Shown piece by piece: positions 1-9,114 of a stretch of 32,000 nt of DNA. Position numbers and translations under genes: made by a program. Position 1 is the stretch's first letter. Every line of letters begins with the position of its first letter. The notes under the pieces were generated by a model, which ran no database searches, was not told where the DNA came from, and saw nothing but the letters and a program-made list of their open reading frames with translations. This DNA comes from Pyrolobus fumarii 1A (GTDB lineage: Archaea; Thermoproteota; Thermoprotei_A; Sulfolobales; Pyrodictiaceae), in contig NC_015931.1 in the NCBI RefSeq assembly GCF_000223395.1, positions 840,001 through 872,000 of the forward strand, in the 5' to 3' direction.

Positions 1-34
1 GGGGTGAAGGCAAGGAGGAGGATAAGAGGGAGAA

Positions 35-68
35 AAGAGGGTAACAGTGAGGAAGTCCTCACCCTCTT
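35..68 (-). other. Interrupted hairpin, possible terminator downstream of metG
   Basis: AAGAGG(35-40)/CCTCTT(63-68) and GTGAGG(47-52)/CCTCAC(57-62) form 12 bp with a 6-nt bulge and a 4-nt loop. On the minus strand the stem runs into CCTCTTTTCT (T4). Function is inferred only. Confidence 0.3.
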
Positions 69-69
69 G

Positions 70-140
70 GTGATGACTGGTCCGCTGGGAGACCGAACCC
101 GCGTCGGGCCCCGGGTCGTGAGGAGAGGTCGGCGTGCTGA
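70..140 (+). ncRNA. Candidate box C/D sRNA, atypical, with a long internal spacer
   Basis: GTGATGA (C, 70-76), 12 nt CTGGTCCGCTGG, GAGA (degenerate D', 89-92), 25-nt GC-rich spacer containing CCCG/CGGG, GTGAGGA (C', 118-124), 12 nt GAGGTCGGCGTG, CTGA (D, 137-140). Both guide spacings are exactly 12 nt, but the D' box is degenerate and the spacer is unusually long. Confidence 0.3.
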
Positions 141-155
141 TGTACTGCTGTAGCG

Positions 156-1895
156 CTATGCCCTTAGTAGCGGTGGGCGTTTCTCCGTGACTCTCTTCCT
201 AACCTCTTGCAGCATCTCGGTCACTCGTCTTGGGAAGTCCTGCGGTAGTTTCTTGAACAGCGGCTCCACCTTGCCTATGCGATGACCAGGTTTGAGTATC
301 TCTGTGCCTGCCTCCTTCCACCTGCCTTTCTCGTGGACACTACCAGGCAAGTTTAGCATCTTCCATAGTCTCTCGGCAGCATCTGGCGTGAAAGGCGCCA
401 ATAGTATGGCAAGGGTCGCTATGCTATTTGCAGCCAGGTACATTGTTGTAGCAGCGTCTCGAGGATTGGTCTTTATCGCGTCCCACGGGGCCTTAGCGTT
501 AAGATACTGGTTGCCAGCTCTTGCAAGCTCTAACACTCTCTCCAGGGCAAGCTTCAGTCTAAATCTATCCATTTCCTCAGCAACCCTCTGTGGAGCCTCC
601 CTAACAGTTTCGAGGAAGTTCTTGTCGATCTCGTTTAGCTCTCCGGGCTCGGGTATAGTGGAGTCAAACCTAGCCTCAATGAAACGCAATACACGGTGCA
701 CGTAGTTCCCTATATCATCGTTAAGCTCCTTGTTGATTATTCGCGTGAACTCCTCCCATGAGAAGTTAGTGTCCTTAGCCTCTGGCCGCATCCTTATCAA
801 CGCGAACCTCCAATAATCGACAGGTAGTATCTCGAGTGCCTCGTCTATCCAGATGCCCCAGCGGCGGCTCTTGGAGAACTGCTGACCTTCATACATGAGG
901 TACTCGGTCGCAGAGATGTAGTATGGTAGCACGTAGGGCTCTCCACTCGCCATTAGCAACGCTGGGAGTATTATAGCGTGGAATGGTATGTTATCCTTTC
1001 CAACAAAGTACACCGTCTTTGTCTCCTGGTTGAACCAGTACTCCTTCCACCTCTCGGGCTCACCCTTTTTCTCGAAGTACTCGATAGTTGCAGAGATATA
1101 GCCGAGGAGCGCCTCAAACCACACGTAGATAGTCTTGCCCTCGGCGCCGGGGAAGGGTGCGGGTATACCCCACTTGTTGTCCCTCGTTATACTCCTGGGT
1201 TTTAGCCCCTCTCGTACCCAGTTGAGACTATAGTTCTTGACATTGTCGGGCAGGCTACTCTCCTCTAGCCACTTGAGCACCTTGTCGCGCAACTTAGGTA
1301 GGTCGAAGAACCAGTGTCGTGTCTTTCGGAACTCGGGCTTAGACCCGCAAATAGCGCATTTCGGCTCCTTTAGCATTGTTGGGTGTAGCAGGCGGCCGCA
1401 ATTCTCGCACTGGTCGCCCCGTGCATACTCGTAGCCACAATATGGGCACTTGCCTACTACGAACCGGTCGGGCAGAAACATCTTATCGCGGGGGCAGTAT
1501 GGAAGTATCTCATCCTGCTCGAACACGTATCCGTTTTGATACACTTTCATGAAGAACTCTCGGACAAACTTCTTGTGGGTCTCGCTCTCAGTCCGCGTAT
1601 AGTTGTCGAAACTTATTCTCCATTCTCGGAACAGCCTTGACACATACTCGTGAGCCTGGTCAGTAAGCTCGCGTGGCTGCACACCCTTCTTGATAGCCTC
1701 TATCTCTATTGGAGTCCCGTGCTCGTCACTACCGCTGACAAATACTACGTCCTCCCCCCGAAGCCGTAGATAACGCGCAAACACGTCAGCAGACAACACC
1801 GAGCCGACTAGGTTGCCCAAGTGTGGCACGCTATTGACGTATGGCCATGCTGAGGTGACGACCCATCTGCCCACTTTGGCGGCACCCCGCAGCAT
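156..1895 (-). CDS. metG: Methionyl-tRNA synthetase
   Basis: 579-aa ORF with a class I HIGH-type motif ([10 protein letters not shown]), a KMSKS-type motif (KFSKSRRWG) and paired Cys knuckles (CPYCG...CENCG) typical of the MetRS insertion. Confidence 0.95.
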   Translation of the reverse strand: MLRGAAKVGRWVVTSAWPYVNSVPHLGNLVGSVLSADVFARYLRLRGEDVVFVSGSDEHGTPIEIEAIKKGVQPRELTDQAHEYVSRLFREWRISFDNYTRTESETHKKFVREFFMKVYQNGYVFEQDEILPYCPRDKMFLPDRFVVGKCPYCGYEYARGDQCENCGRLLHPTMLKEPKCAICGSKPEFRKTRHWFFDLPKLRDKVLKWLEESSLPDNVKNYSLNWVREGLKPRSITRDNKWGIPAPFPGAEGKTIYVWFEALLGYISATIEYFEKKGEPERWKEYWFNQETKTVYFVGKDNIPFHAIILPALLMASGEPYVLPYYISATEYLMYEGQQFSKSRRWGIWIDEALEILPVDYWRFALIRMRPEAKDTNFSWEEFTRIINKELNDDIGNYVHRVLRFIEARFDSTIPEPGELNEIDKNFLETVREAPQRVAEEMDRFRLKLALERVLELARAGNQYLNAKAPWDAIKTNPRDAATTMYLAANSIATLAILLAPFTPDAAERLWKMLNLPGSVHEKGRWKEAGTEILKPGHRIGKVEPLFKKLPQDFPRRVTEMLQEVRKRVTEKRPPLLRA

Positions 1896-2103
1896 CCGTG
1901 TCCAACGCTAACCGGTATACCTTCCTCCTCACCCCTCTACTATAGTAGCTGTGCACAACGTGCAACTCTATCGGGTTTATGGCGGGTGATGTTCTGGCTC
2001 TTCTTGTTGCGCAGGCGCGTGTAGCGTGGTGTCCTGGCTGGCGTGCAGTTGTGGATTTCTTTACCGGGGTGTGACTCTGCATATCCCTGCTCGGTGAAAG
2101 AAC

Positions 2104-2796
2104 GTGAGAGACGTGTACATCTTAGCTGTCAACTTTAAGGTCTACCCGAGCGCCTTTGGTAGAAGGGCACTAGAAGTTGTCAAGGCGGCTGAACGTGTAG
2201 CTCGCGAATTCGAAGGCACGGTTAGCGTGATAATCGCTCCTCCACATACAGAGATTGCAAGAATATCGAGTAGCGTTGAGCGCGTGATTGTGTATGCGCA
2301 GCATGTTGATCCTGTGGAGCCGGGTGCTCATACGGGTAGTGTTCCCGTCGAAGCGGTCAAGGAGGCTGGTGCTAGAGGCTCTCTCGTTAACCACAGCGAG
2401 AGGAAGCTTAGACTTGACGAGATAGAGCGTGTTGTTGAGAGGTTAAAGGTGGTTGGCCTAGAGCAGCTTGTATGTGCTGATACGCCGCGTGCGGCTGCAG
2501 CTATAGCGGTCTTTGAGCCTACGTATGTAGCTGTTGAGCCGCCAGAACTGATAGGTACCGGTATTGCGGTGTCAAGAGCTAAACCGGAGGTTGTGACTAA
2601 GGCCGTTGAGAGCGTGACACGGGTCTCGCCGAACGTCCCTGTCCTCGTAGGCGCCGGTATAGTGTCCCGCGAGGATGCGAGGCGCTCAGTAGAACTTGGT
2701 GCGCGGGGCGTGCTCGTCGCGTCGGCTGTGATGAAGGCAGCCGACCCTTATGCTAAGATGCGCGAGCTTGCCGAGGGTCTAGCACCACGCAGATGA
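2104..2796 (+). CDS. tpiA: Triosephosphate isomerase, short archaeal type
   Basis: 230 aa. It has an NFKVY N-terminus, the LVNHSERK catalytic region, and VAVEPPELIGTG and GAGI segments typical of archaeal TIM. GTG start. Confidence 0.9.
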   Translation: MRDVYILAVNFKVYPSAFGRRALEVVKAAERVAREFEGTVSVIIAPPHTEIARISSSVERVIVYAQHVDPVEPGAHTGSVPVEAVKEAGARGSLVNHSERKLRLDEIERVVERLKVVGLEQLVCADTPRAAAAIAVFEPTYVAVEPPELIGTGIAVSRAKPEVVTKAVESVTRVSPNVPVLVGAGIVSREDARRSVELGARGVLVASAVMKAADPYAKMRELAEGLAPRR

Positions 2797-2848
2797 GAAT
2801 ACTATTAACCTGGGATAGCGTAGTAAGGTAGCCAAGAGCGGGAAACCT

Positions 2849-3865
2849 GTGCCGCTAACGGTTGTCGTGGGCGGCTTCTTCGGTGACGAGGGTAAGGGGA
2901 AGATAGTTGGCTACTTGGCGCTTGCCGATCGTGTAGCTGCGGCGGTTCGCACGGGGGCTACTAACGCGGGTCACACGGTTGTACACGACGGTAATGTGTA
3001 TAAGTTAAGGGCGTTGCCCTCGGCCATTGTAAACCCTCATACACGTCTTTACATAGCGAGAGGGGCTCTGGTACACTACCGTGTGCTTCTCGAGGAAGTT
3101 GAGAAGTATAACGCTCGTGGTAGGGTAGTTGTCGATGCAGGTACTGGAATAATTACCGATGAGCATGTCGAGAGAGAGCGGAGGGACGAGCACCTCGCTA
3201 AGAGGATAGGTTCAACGCTCACGGGTGTCGGTGCCGCTATGGTAGACCGTGTACTTCGAAAACTTGCACTAGCCCGTGATATACCCGAGCTAAGAGAGCT
3301 GACGGGTGATGTCCAGGAGCTTGTCTGGAGCCATCTAGATAAGGGCGATAGTGTGGTTGTTGAGGCTACGCAAGGATACTGGCTGAGTCTTTACCACGGC
3401 ACATATCCTTACGTGACTAGCCGCGATACGACGGCCTCGGCGGCGCTGAGCGAGATAGGCTTGGGACCGCGCGACGTTGATGATGTAATCGTTGTGTTCA
3501 AGGCTTTTGTCACACGCGTTGGTGAAGGACCACTTCCCGGTGAGATTCCTCCAGAGGAGGCCGAGAAGCTTGGCTGGGTAGAGTATGGTACCGTGACGGG
3601 CCGCAGGCGTCGCGTGGCACCCTTCAATATCCAGCTGGCTAAAAAGGCTGTTAGGGCTAACACGGCGACAGGTATAGCGATCACTAAGGTTGACGTGGTA
3701 TTCCCCGAGGCTAAGGGCGTTAGGGAGTGGGAGAAGCTCCCGAAAGAAGCTAAGAAGTGGATAGAGGAGCTTGAGGCAGAGCTAGGCGTGCCCGTGCTTT
3801 TCGTCGGTACAGGTGAGGAGGTCGTCGACACTATTGATAGGAGGAGGGAGGTGGCCCGCCGATGA
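2849..3865 (+). CDS. purA: Adenylosuccinate synthetase, short archaeal form
   Basis: GGFFGDEGKGKIV P-loop and TNAGHTV motif, 338 aa, GTG start. Its stop overlaps the next start (ATGA). Confidence 0.9.
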   Translation: MPLTVVVGGFFGDEGKGKIVGYLALADRVAAAVRTGATNAGHTVVHDGNVYKLRALPSAIVNPHTRLYIARGALVHYRVLLEEVEKYNARGRVVVDAGTGIITDEHVERERRDEHLAKRIGSTLTGVGAAMVDRVLRKLALARDIPELRELTGDVQELVWSHLDKGDSVVVEATQGYWLSLYHGTYPYVTSRDTTASAALSEIGLGPRDVDDVIVVFKAFVTRVGEGPLPGEIPPEEAEKLGWVEYGTVTGRRRRVAPFNIQLAKKAVRANTATGIAITKVDVVFPEAKGVREWEKLPKEAKKWIEELEAELGVPVLFVGTGEEVVDTIDRRREVARR

Positions 3866-5325
3866 GAGAGTATGATGTTGCGATCATTGGCGCTGGGCCT
3901 GCAGGGCTATTTGCCGCTTTAACCATAGCGGAGGGTAGTAAGGGCAAAGCGAGGATAGCGGTGTTCGACATAGGCGGACCTGTAGAGCATCGCAGGTGCC
4001 CCCTCACCAACTCGAAGATCGGTAAGTGCACCTACTGTAGACCATGCCACGTGTTACACGGTGTTGGTGGCGCTGGAACGCTGTCAAGTGGTATCATAAA
4101 CCTTAGGCCTGATATCGGCGGAGACCTGGACAAGTTACTTGGAAGCTGGGAGGAGGCAGCTAGCCTGATCAAGCTGGTTGACGCGGTATTCCTTCGTTTC
4201 GGTGCGCCCCGGGAAAGGCTCTTCAAGCCGGATCCGGATAGGGCGGCTGAGCTGGAGAGAAAGGCTGCAAGAGCTGGTGCCAAGTTCATACCGGCTGTTC
4301 AGAGGCACATGGGTAGCGATAACACCCCGAGAGTAATCAAGGCAATGCAAGATTACCTGGCGGCTAAGGGTGTACGCTTCATACTCTACACCGAGGTGGA
4401 GACGCTTCACAAGACGAATGGCGGCTTCCTATTAGAGACTAGTCGGGGCCAGTTTAGGGCGCAGTACGTGATACTCGCACCTGGAAGGAGCGGTGCCGAG
4501 TGGTTCGCCAGAGAGGCTAGGAGGATAGGTGTGGAGGTGGAGCCGGGCCCGCTTGACGTGGGTGTGCGAGTGGAGGTGCCCTACACGGTCTACGAGCCAT
4601 TGACTAGCGTAGTCATGGACCCAAAGATAATAATCTATACGAAGACCTATGACGATAGAGTGAGGACCTTCTGTACCAACCCCAGGGGCTTCGTCGTAAA
4701 AGAAGTCTATCCGGATGGCACTGTAGGCGTTAACGGAGAGACATACGCAGCGCGTAAGAGCATGAACACGAACTTTGCCTTCCTGGTCACGATAAGGTTG
4801 ACCGACCCCATGGAAGATACCATAGAGTATGGCAAGAGTATAGCCAGGATGGCAACGAGGCTTGGTGGCGGAAGGCCCCTAATACAGAGGCTAGGCGACT
4901 TAGAGGCTGGCAGGAGAAGCACCTGGCAAAGGATAGAGAGGAGTATAGTGGAACCAACGCTGCGCGACGTTACACCCGGCGACATAGGAATGGCCCTACC
5001 ATACCGTGTGGTGCTTGACATTATAGAGGGTCTTCACAAACTAGACGATATAGCTCCTGGTGTGGCGCATCCACACACGCTGATCTATGCGCCGGAGATC
5101 AAGTTCTACTCTGTGCGTGCTGTGACAACGAACAAGTATCTCGAGACTACTGTCGATGGGCTATTCGCTGCTGGTGACGGTACGGGGCTTAGCAGAGGTA
5201 TCAACGTTGCAGCGGCTACCGGCATACTGGCAGGGCGGGGCGTGCTAGCGAAAATGGGATTCGAGCCTGAGAATGCACCCCACGATGGTGGTCTACTCGA
5301 GCAACTCGACTACGAGATAATGTAG
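3862..5325 (+). CDS. FAD-dependent oxidoreductase, uncharacterized COG2509-like family
   Basis: N-terminal dinucleotide fold YDVAIIGAGPAGLFAA, a Cys cluster CPLTNSKIGKCTYCRPC, and a C-terminal GLFAAGDGTG flavin motif. 4-nt overlap with purA. Confidence 0.75.
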   Translation: MREYDVAIIGAGPAGLFAALTIAEGSKGKARIAVFDIGGPVEHRRCPLTNSKIGKCTYCRPCHVLHGVGGAGTLSSGIINLRPDIGGDLDKLLGSWEEAASLIKLVDAVFLRFGAPRERLFKPDPDRAAELERKAARAGAKFIPAVQRHMGSDNTPRVIKAMQDYLAAKGVRFILYTEVETLHKTNGGFLLETSRGQFRAQYVILAPGRSGAEWFAREARRIGVEVEPGPLDVGVRVEVPYTVYEPLTSVVMDPKIIIYTKTYDDRVRTFCTNPRGFVVKEVYPDGTVGVNGETYAARKSMNTNFAFLVTIRLTDPMEDTIEYGKSIARMATRLGGGRPLIQRLGDLEAGRRSTWQRIERSIVEPTLRDVTPGDIGMALPYRVVLDIIEGLHKLDDIAPGVAHPHTLIYAPEIKFYSVRAVTTNKYLETTVDGLFAAGDGTGLSRGINVAAATGILAGRGVLAKMGFEPENAPHDGGLLEQLDYEIM

Positions 5326-5406
5326 GCAAAGCGGGTATAGCGTCTGGTGTCACTTTCTCGCAACAATCACAACTCAACCCCACTATGAGTACCTCGGAGA
5401 GAGTCC

Positions 5407-6435
5407 TTGCTACACAGATGCTGCCGCCCTACTCATATAGAAGCAGCTACGAAACTTGGGGTTGCTCGTGTTGAGCGTGTTGAGAGGATAACGAGTTATA
5501 CTGTGGACGGCGTTAGTGACCCTCTAGCCCAGCTCCTTAGAGGGGAGAACGTCAACCTACGCCTGGAACTTGTATGTACAACAGCTTGTTTGGCGAGCAG
5601 CTTGGGCTACATAGGTGAGGTTGCACGTCTACGCCTTGGTAGCATAGCGCGAGTAACTCTAGAGGTGCAAGATGGAATAGAGAGGCTGCGTGTAGAAGGA
5701 GTTGAGGGCGAACTCAGGAGCGAGAAAGGTGTTGTGAATGTTGTACTCTGGGAGCGCTTTACACCAGGCGAGCTTACGCGCTGTGTACTTGGTGGTGCTG
5801 AGGTTGTCGCAAAGAGACTTAACGAGTTGCTGAGACAGGGAGTTAGACTACAAGGAGGCAATCTACGCGAGCACTATAGTCTCGTCAAGTTAGCGATCGG
5901 GAATGAACTAGTCAAGAGCATAGTTTCAACGCTAGGTGTGGCAAAGGGCGAGTGTATAGAAGATGTGGTCACCTCAAAGATAGTGCATACCGTGTATCCC
6001 CTCCTTGCGGGCCTCATAGCAGTGATGAACTTCCTCGAGCGCGCAAGAATAATCTATCCGGTGCATCCCGAAGCCCTCGCAGTCTCAGAGAACGTGAAGA
6101 CACTAGGACATTACGGCATGGGCATGCTGGGCGTACTTGCTAGATATCATCGAGAAGCTTCTGTAATAGCATCTAAGCTTGCAGGTACACGCATAGAGAT
6201 AGAACCGGTTCGGATTGACGGCTCCATGGCAGCAGTGGTTAGAATTGAGGGCGAGCGGCTCCGGGATCCTAGCGACTCACCGGTTGCAAGCCTAGCATTG
6301 AGCGTGACAGCCGCGCTTCTATCCAGGAGTAGCCTACTACTCGCGATTGACGCGCCAATAGAGAAGCTAGAGAAGAACACCCTAGTACGCGAACTCGAAA
6401 AAGTAAACGCTGTAATGCTATACTCCAGGTTTTAA
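5407..6435 (+). CDS. Hypothetical protein
   Basis: 342-aa ORF filling the gap between two genes. I recognise no motif. There is no in-frame ATG near the 5' end (TTG at 5407, GTG near 5501), so the start is uncertain. Confidence 0.45.
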   Translation: MLHRCCRPTHIEAATKLGVARVERVERITSYTVDGVSDPLAQLLRGENVNLRLELVCTTACLASSLGYIGEVARLRLGSIARVTLEVQDGIERLRVEGVEGELRSEKGVVNVVLWERFTPGELTRCVLGGAEVVAKRLNELLRQGVRLQGGNLREHYSLVKLAIGNELVKSIVSTLGVAKGECIEDVVTSKIVHTVYPLLAGLIAVMNFLERARIIYPVHPEALAVSENVKTLGHYGMGMLGVLARYHREASVIASKLAGTRIEIEPVRIDGSMAAVVRIEGERLRDPSDSPVASLALSVTAALLSRSSLLLAIDAPIEKLEKNTLVRELEKVNAVMLYSRF

Positions 6436-6475
6436 CGGTTTCACATCTGTCCTTGCGAAAAAACTAGAGGCTAGG

Positions 6476-7627
6476 TTACCCGGAGCACACCATGCTAGCC
6501 GCCTCTAGCAGCTTCTTAGCCATAGGCTCTGGCAGCGGTGCATAACCTTCAACAATATCCTTCTTCTCTACATTAGCATTGTAGAGCCACTCTAGCAGCA
6601 TCTTGATAGCTTGGCACTTGGCGGGGTCGTCATAGTGTTTGCGTACTATGATGTGCGTGTAGGCTACTAGCGGGTATCCTCCAGTTTCACTCGCAGCCTC
6701 TATAACTAGTCCAAAGGTTTTAGACCAGTCCTGGTCCGGGGCTGGCAGCTCATCGGCGAGCTTGGACAGCGTCTTCTCGACTGCCTCGGCACTTGGAGTT
6801 AGGAAGATGTCGTCCCTGCCCGGTGGCGCTAATGCCGCCACCTGAAGACCATACTGTAGCGCATATGCATACTCGACATAGCCTATGGAGTATGGTGTGT
6901 TCTTAACAGTGGATGCTACACCCTGGTTACCTCTAGCTCCGATACCTACACCTTGTACCTTCCACACCTTGCCATATCCATACTTCTCTGCCCAGCGTGG
7001 ACACGACTTGGCGAGATAGTAGGTGAAGTACTGGGTTGTTCCGCTCGAGTCACTACGATAAACCGGCGTTATTGGCTCGTGTGGAAGCTCAGCTCCAGGG
7101 TTTAGCGCCTTTATTGCCGGATCATCCCAGTATTTTATCTCGCCCATGTATATCCTTGCCAGCACGTCACCAGTGAGGTTAAGCCTCCCGTTAAAACCTG
7201 GCAAGTTGTAAACAACTACTATAATGCCCGCTACGGTCGGCGCTTGGAGTACACCACCATACTTCTCTACAGCCTTCTGCCAAATACCACGAGATAGTGG
7301 AGGATCGCTACCGGCGAAGTCAACAAGCCCCTCCATAAAGTCCTGTACTCCCTTACCGCTACCTACGGCACGATACTCAACCACTATACCAGTCTCTTTC
7401 TGGAACTCCGAGAACCACACGTCATACTGTGCTGCGGGGAATGTAGCACCACTGCCGTATAGCTTAACGCCTTGCACGCTCACACTAGGCGTGGCAGTGG
7501 CTGGCGAACTAGTACCTGTTATTGGCGAAGATGGTACCTCCTTGCCGCCACCAGAGGATAGTAGGACGGCAGCGACGCCGGCCACAATGACAATAGCGAT
7601 TATGGCTGCTATAAGTTGGCGGTTCAC
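6476..7627 (-). CDS. pstS: Phosphate ABC transporter substrate-binding protein
   Basis: N-terminal membrane anchor followed by a Ser/Thr/Pro linker, then GSGATFPAAQY and YRAVGSGKGVQDF motifs typical of PstS. Confidence 0.85.
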   Translation of the reverse strand: MNRQLIAAIIAIVIVAGVAAVLLSSGGGKEVPSSPITGTSSPATATPSVSVQGVKLYGSGATFPAAQYDVWFSEFQKETGIVVEYRAVGSGKGVQDFMEGLVDFAGSDPPLSRGIWQKAVEKYGGVLQAPTVAGIIVVVYNLPGFNGRLNLTGDVLARIYMGEIKYWDDPAIKALNPGAELPHEPITPVYRSDSSGTTQYFTYYLAKSCPRWAEKYGYGKVWKVQGVGIGARGNQGVASTVKNTPYSIGYVEYAYALQYGLQVAALAPPGRDDIFLTPSAEAVEKTLSKLADELPAPDQDWSKTFGLVIEAASETGGYPLVAYTHIIVRKHYDDPAKCQAIKMLLEWLYNANVEKKDIVEGYAPLPEPMAKKLLEAASMVCSG

Positions 7628-7913
7628 CGCCTGTCACTCTCCATGACGTGGGGGATGCAGGCCGTGTAATTAAGTGAGACGGGATGTGCGTCACACGTTC
7701 AGCCTATAAGCCGGGTCCAGCCTAGTCAGTGTCTAGGTGCTGAGACCCTCGGTCACCGAGCATCGCGATGACGACAAGGATTTCGACTGAGGCTTCTTGA
7801 GATCCTCTTGGGGCCACCGACACACTAAAAGGGGCTTATCGCGTGGGTCACGCGCCTCCGGGGGAGTCCCGGCCCCGAGGCTGGGGCTCGCCCGGCAGGG
7901 GGTGTGATGGGGT

Positions 7914-8405
7914 ATGAACAAGAGGAGGAGGAAGGGTAGGAGTCACTCCACGAGGCCGGCTTCGCTAACGGCACCCAGGTGGGTCGAGTACGACCCAGAG
8001 GAGATAGAGGAGATCATCGTAGACCTAGCCAGGAAGGGATATGGCCCCAGCATGATAGGCATAATACTGCGTGACCAGTTTGGCATTCCACTAGTGAAAC
8101 CAATACTAGGCAAGACTATCGAGCAGGTGCTAGAAGAGAGGGGGATCAAGCTACGCGTGCCGGAGGACCTGTTCCGTCTACTACAGAAGGCGGTAAACCT
8201 ACGTAGGCACCTAGAGGAGCACCCGAAGGATACGCACGCCAAGAAGGGTCTAATGGACTTAGAGTCCAAGATACACAGGCTCGTCAAGTACTACAAGAGG
8301 GTTGGTAAGCTACCGCCAGACTGGAGATACGACCCAGAGCAGGCCAAACTGATAGTCTCCATGGGCCTCTACATATTCCCTGAGGAGGAGAAGAAGGGCA
8401 GCTAA
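7914..8405 (+). CDS. rps15: 30S ribosomal protein S15 (uS15, S13e type)
   Basis: [16 protein letters not shown]-terminus and the [18 protein letters not shown]...[10 protein letters not shown] core typical of archaeal S15. It carries a short acidic C-terminal tail. Confidence 0.92.
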   Translation: MNKRRRKGRSHSTRPASLTAPRWVEYDPEEIEEIIVDLARKGYGPSMIGIILRDQFGIPLVKPILGKTIEQVLEERGIKLRVPEDLFRLLQKAVNLRRHLEEHPKDTHAKKGLMDLESKIHRLVKYYKRVGKLPPDWRYDPEQAKLIVSMGLYIFPEEEKKGS

Positions 8406-8439
8406 GCGCGCCTAGGAAAAACATCTTTGTTCCACACCG

Positions 8440-8444
8440 TTTTT
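8440..8444 (+). terminator. Oligo-T tract downstream of rps15
   Basis: T5 run (CCGTTTTTAGG) about 35 nt after the rps15 stop. Archaeal termination commonly uses oligo-T. Inference only. Confidence 0.35.
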
Positions 8445-8467
8445 AGGTCTAGAAGCATACGGGCCTT

Positions 8468-9052
8468 CTAGCGCCTCTCGTACACGCCAACAACATACCC
8501 GTATGCCAATATCTTGTCGTTGGCTGCTGCAAGCACCTTGTTGAAGTCCGCGCCGGTGGGTAGACCCAAAGGCTCCGACAAGGCAATCACGATAAAGTAG
8601 TAGTGATGTGTGCCGTGACCCTTGGGCGGGCAAACAGGGTACCACGCGGGCTCGTTAGCACTGTTAATCCCTACCTTGTAGCCCGGCGCAGGCCATCTTG
8701 TAGCGCTCCCGTCGTATACTAGAAGGTGGATAAACAGACCGGACGGCGCATCTGGATCAACAACTATCACCATGTAGGCTTTCGCGGGCTCATACGGGCT
8801 CCACGATATCCTCGGCTCAGTGTAATGCCTAGCATCGCATGTATACTCGACTGGCACTACTCCTCCAGGCTCCAGACCTTCGACAACAACATGTATAGCT
8901 CTAGACTTGTCCTTTAGCATCGAACGTAGAGGCTCGGGAAGCTCCGAGGCCTCATAGCGTCCCGTTATGGGCCCCCATACATAAGCTAGTGTTAGTGATG
9001 TTGCGATAAGGGCGGCTGCCAGAACAAGCAGTATGGATGGGCGTCGGTGCAT
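8468..9052 (-). CDS. PEBP (YbhB/YbcL) family protein, secreted or membrane-anchored
   Basis: N-terminal hydrophobic signal or anchor, then VVDPDAPSG and GHGTHHYYFIVIAL, the two PEBP signature regions. Confidence 0.8.
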   Translation of the reverse strand: MHRRPSILLVLAAALIATSLTLAYVWGPITGRYEASELPEPLRSMLKDKSRAIHVVVEGLEPGGVVPVEYTCDARHYTEPRISWSPYEPAKAYMVIVVDPDAPSGLFIHLLVYDGSATRWPAPGYKVGINSANEPAWYPVCPPKGHGTHHYYFIVIALSEPLGLPTGADFNKVLAAANDKILAYGYVVGVYERR

Positions 9053-9114
9053 GTTAAGCCCAGAGGGTAAATCGGGTCATACCGGGTGTTAGGTTTACTC
9101 TCGGGCCAGTAGGT

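Noticed and set aside
1-153. Open reading frame entering from the window edge (…RRRIRGRKEGNSEEVL…RRGRRADVLL*)
   Set aside because: The Arg-rich, low-complexity translation resembles no protein C-terminus I know. The region is better explained by a hairpin and a possible sRNA. This cannot be settled without the upstream sequence.
292-705. Numerous antisense or out-of-frame ORFs of 60-140 aa (e.g. 292-705, 3409-3831, 7224-7646, 10796-11224, 11844-12302, 12333-12752, 21487-21888, 28663-29043, 29166-29819)
   Set aside because: All lie opposite or overlapping strongly supported CDSs. They have Ser/Thr/Pro/Arg-rich shadow-frame composition typical of GC-rich genomes, and none carries a motif.
7737-7790. 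C/D-like unit GTGCTGA-12-CCGA-8-ATGACGA-12-CTGA on the plus strand
   Set aside because: The 12/8/12 spacing is right and the C'-D half is good. However, the terminal C box has A4 replaced by C, which would break the k-turn G-A pair, and the D' box is degenerate. This is too weak to call as a feature.
7690-7913. SRP (7S) RNA or RNase P RNA in the GC-rich pstS-rps15 spacer
   Set aside because: The spacer is too short for either RNA. It lacks the helix-8-type GGAA/AGCA motifs of SRP RNA and the conserved RNase P CR regions that I can recall.
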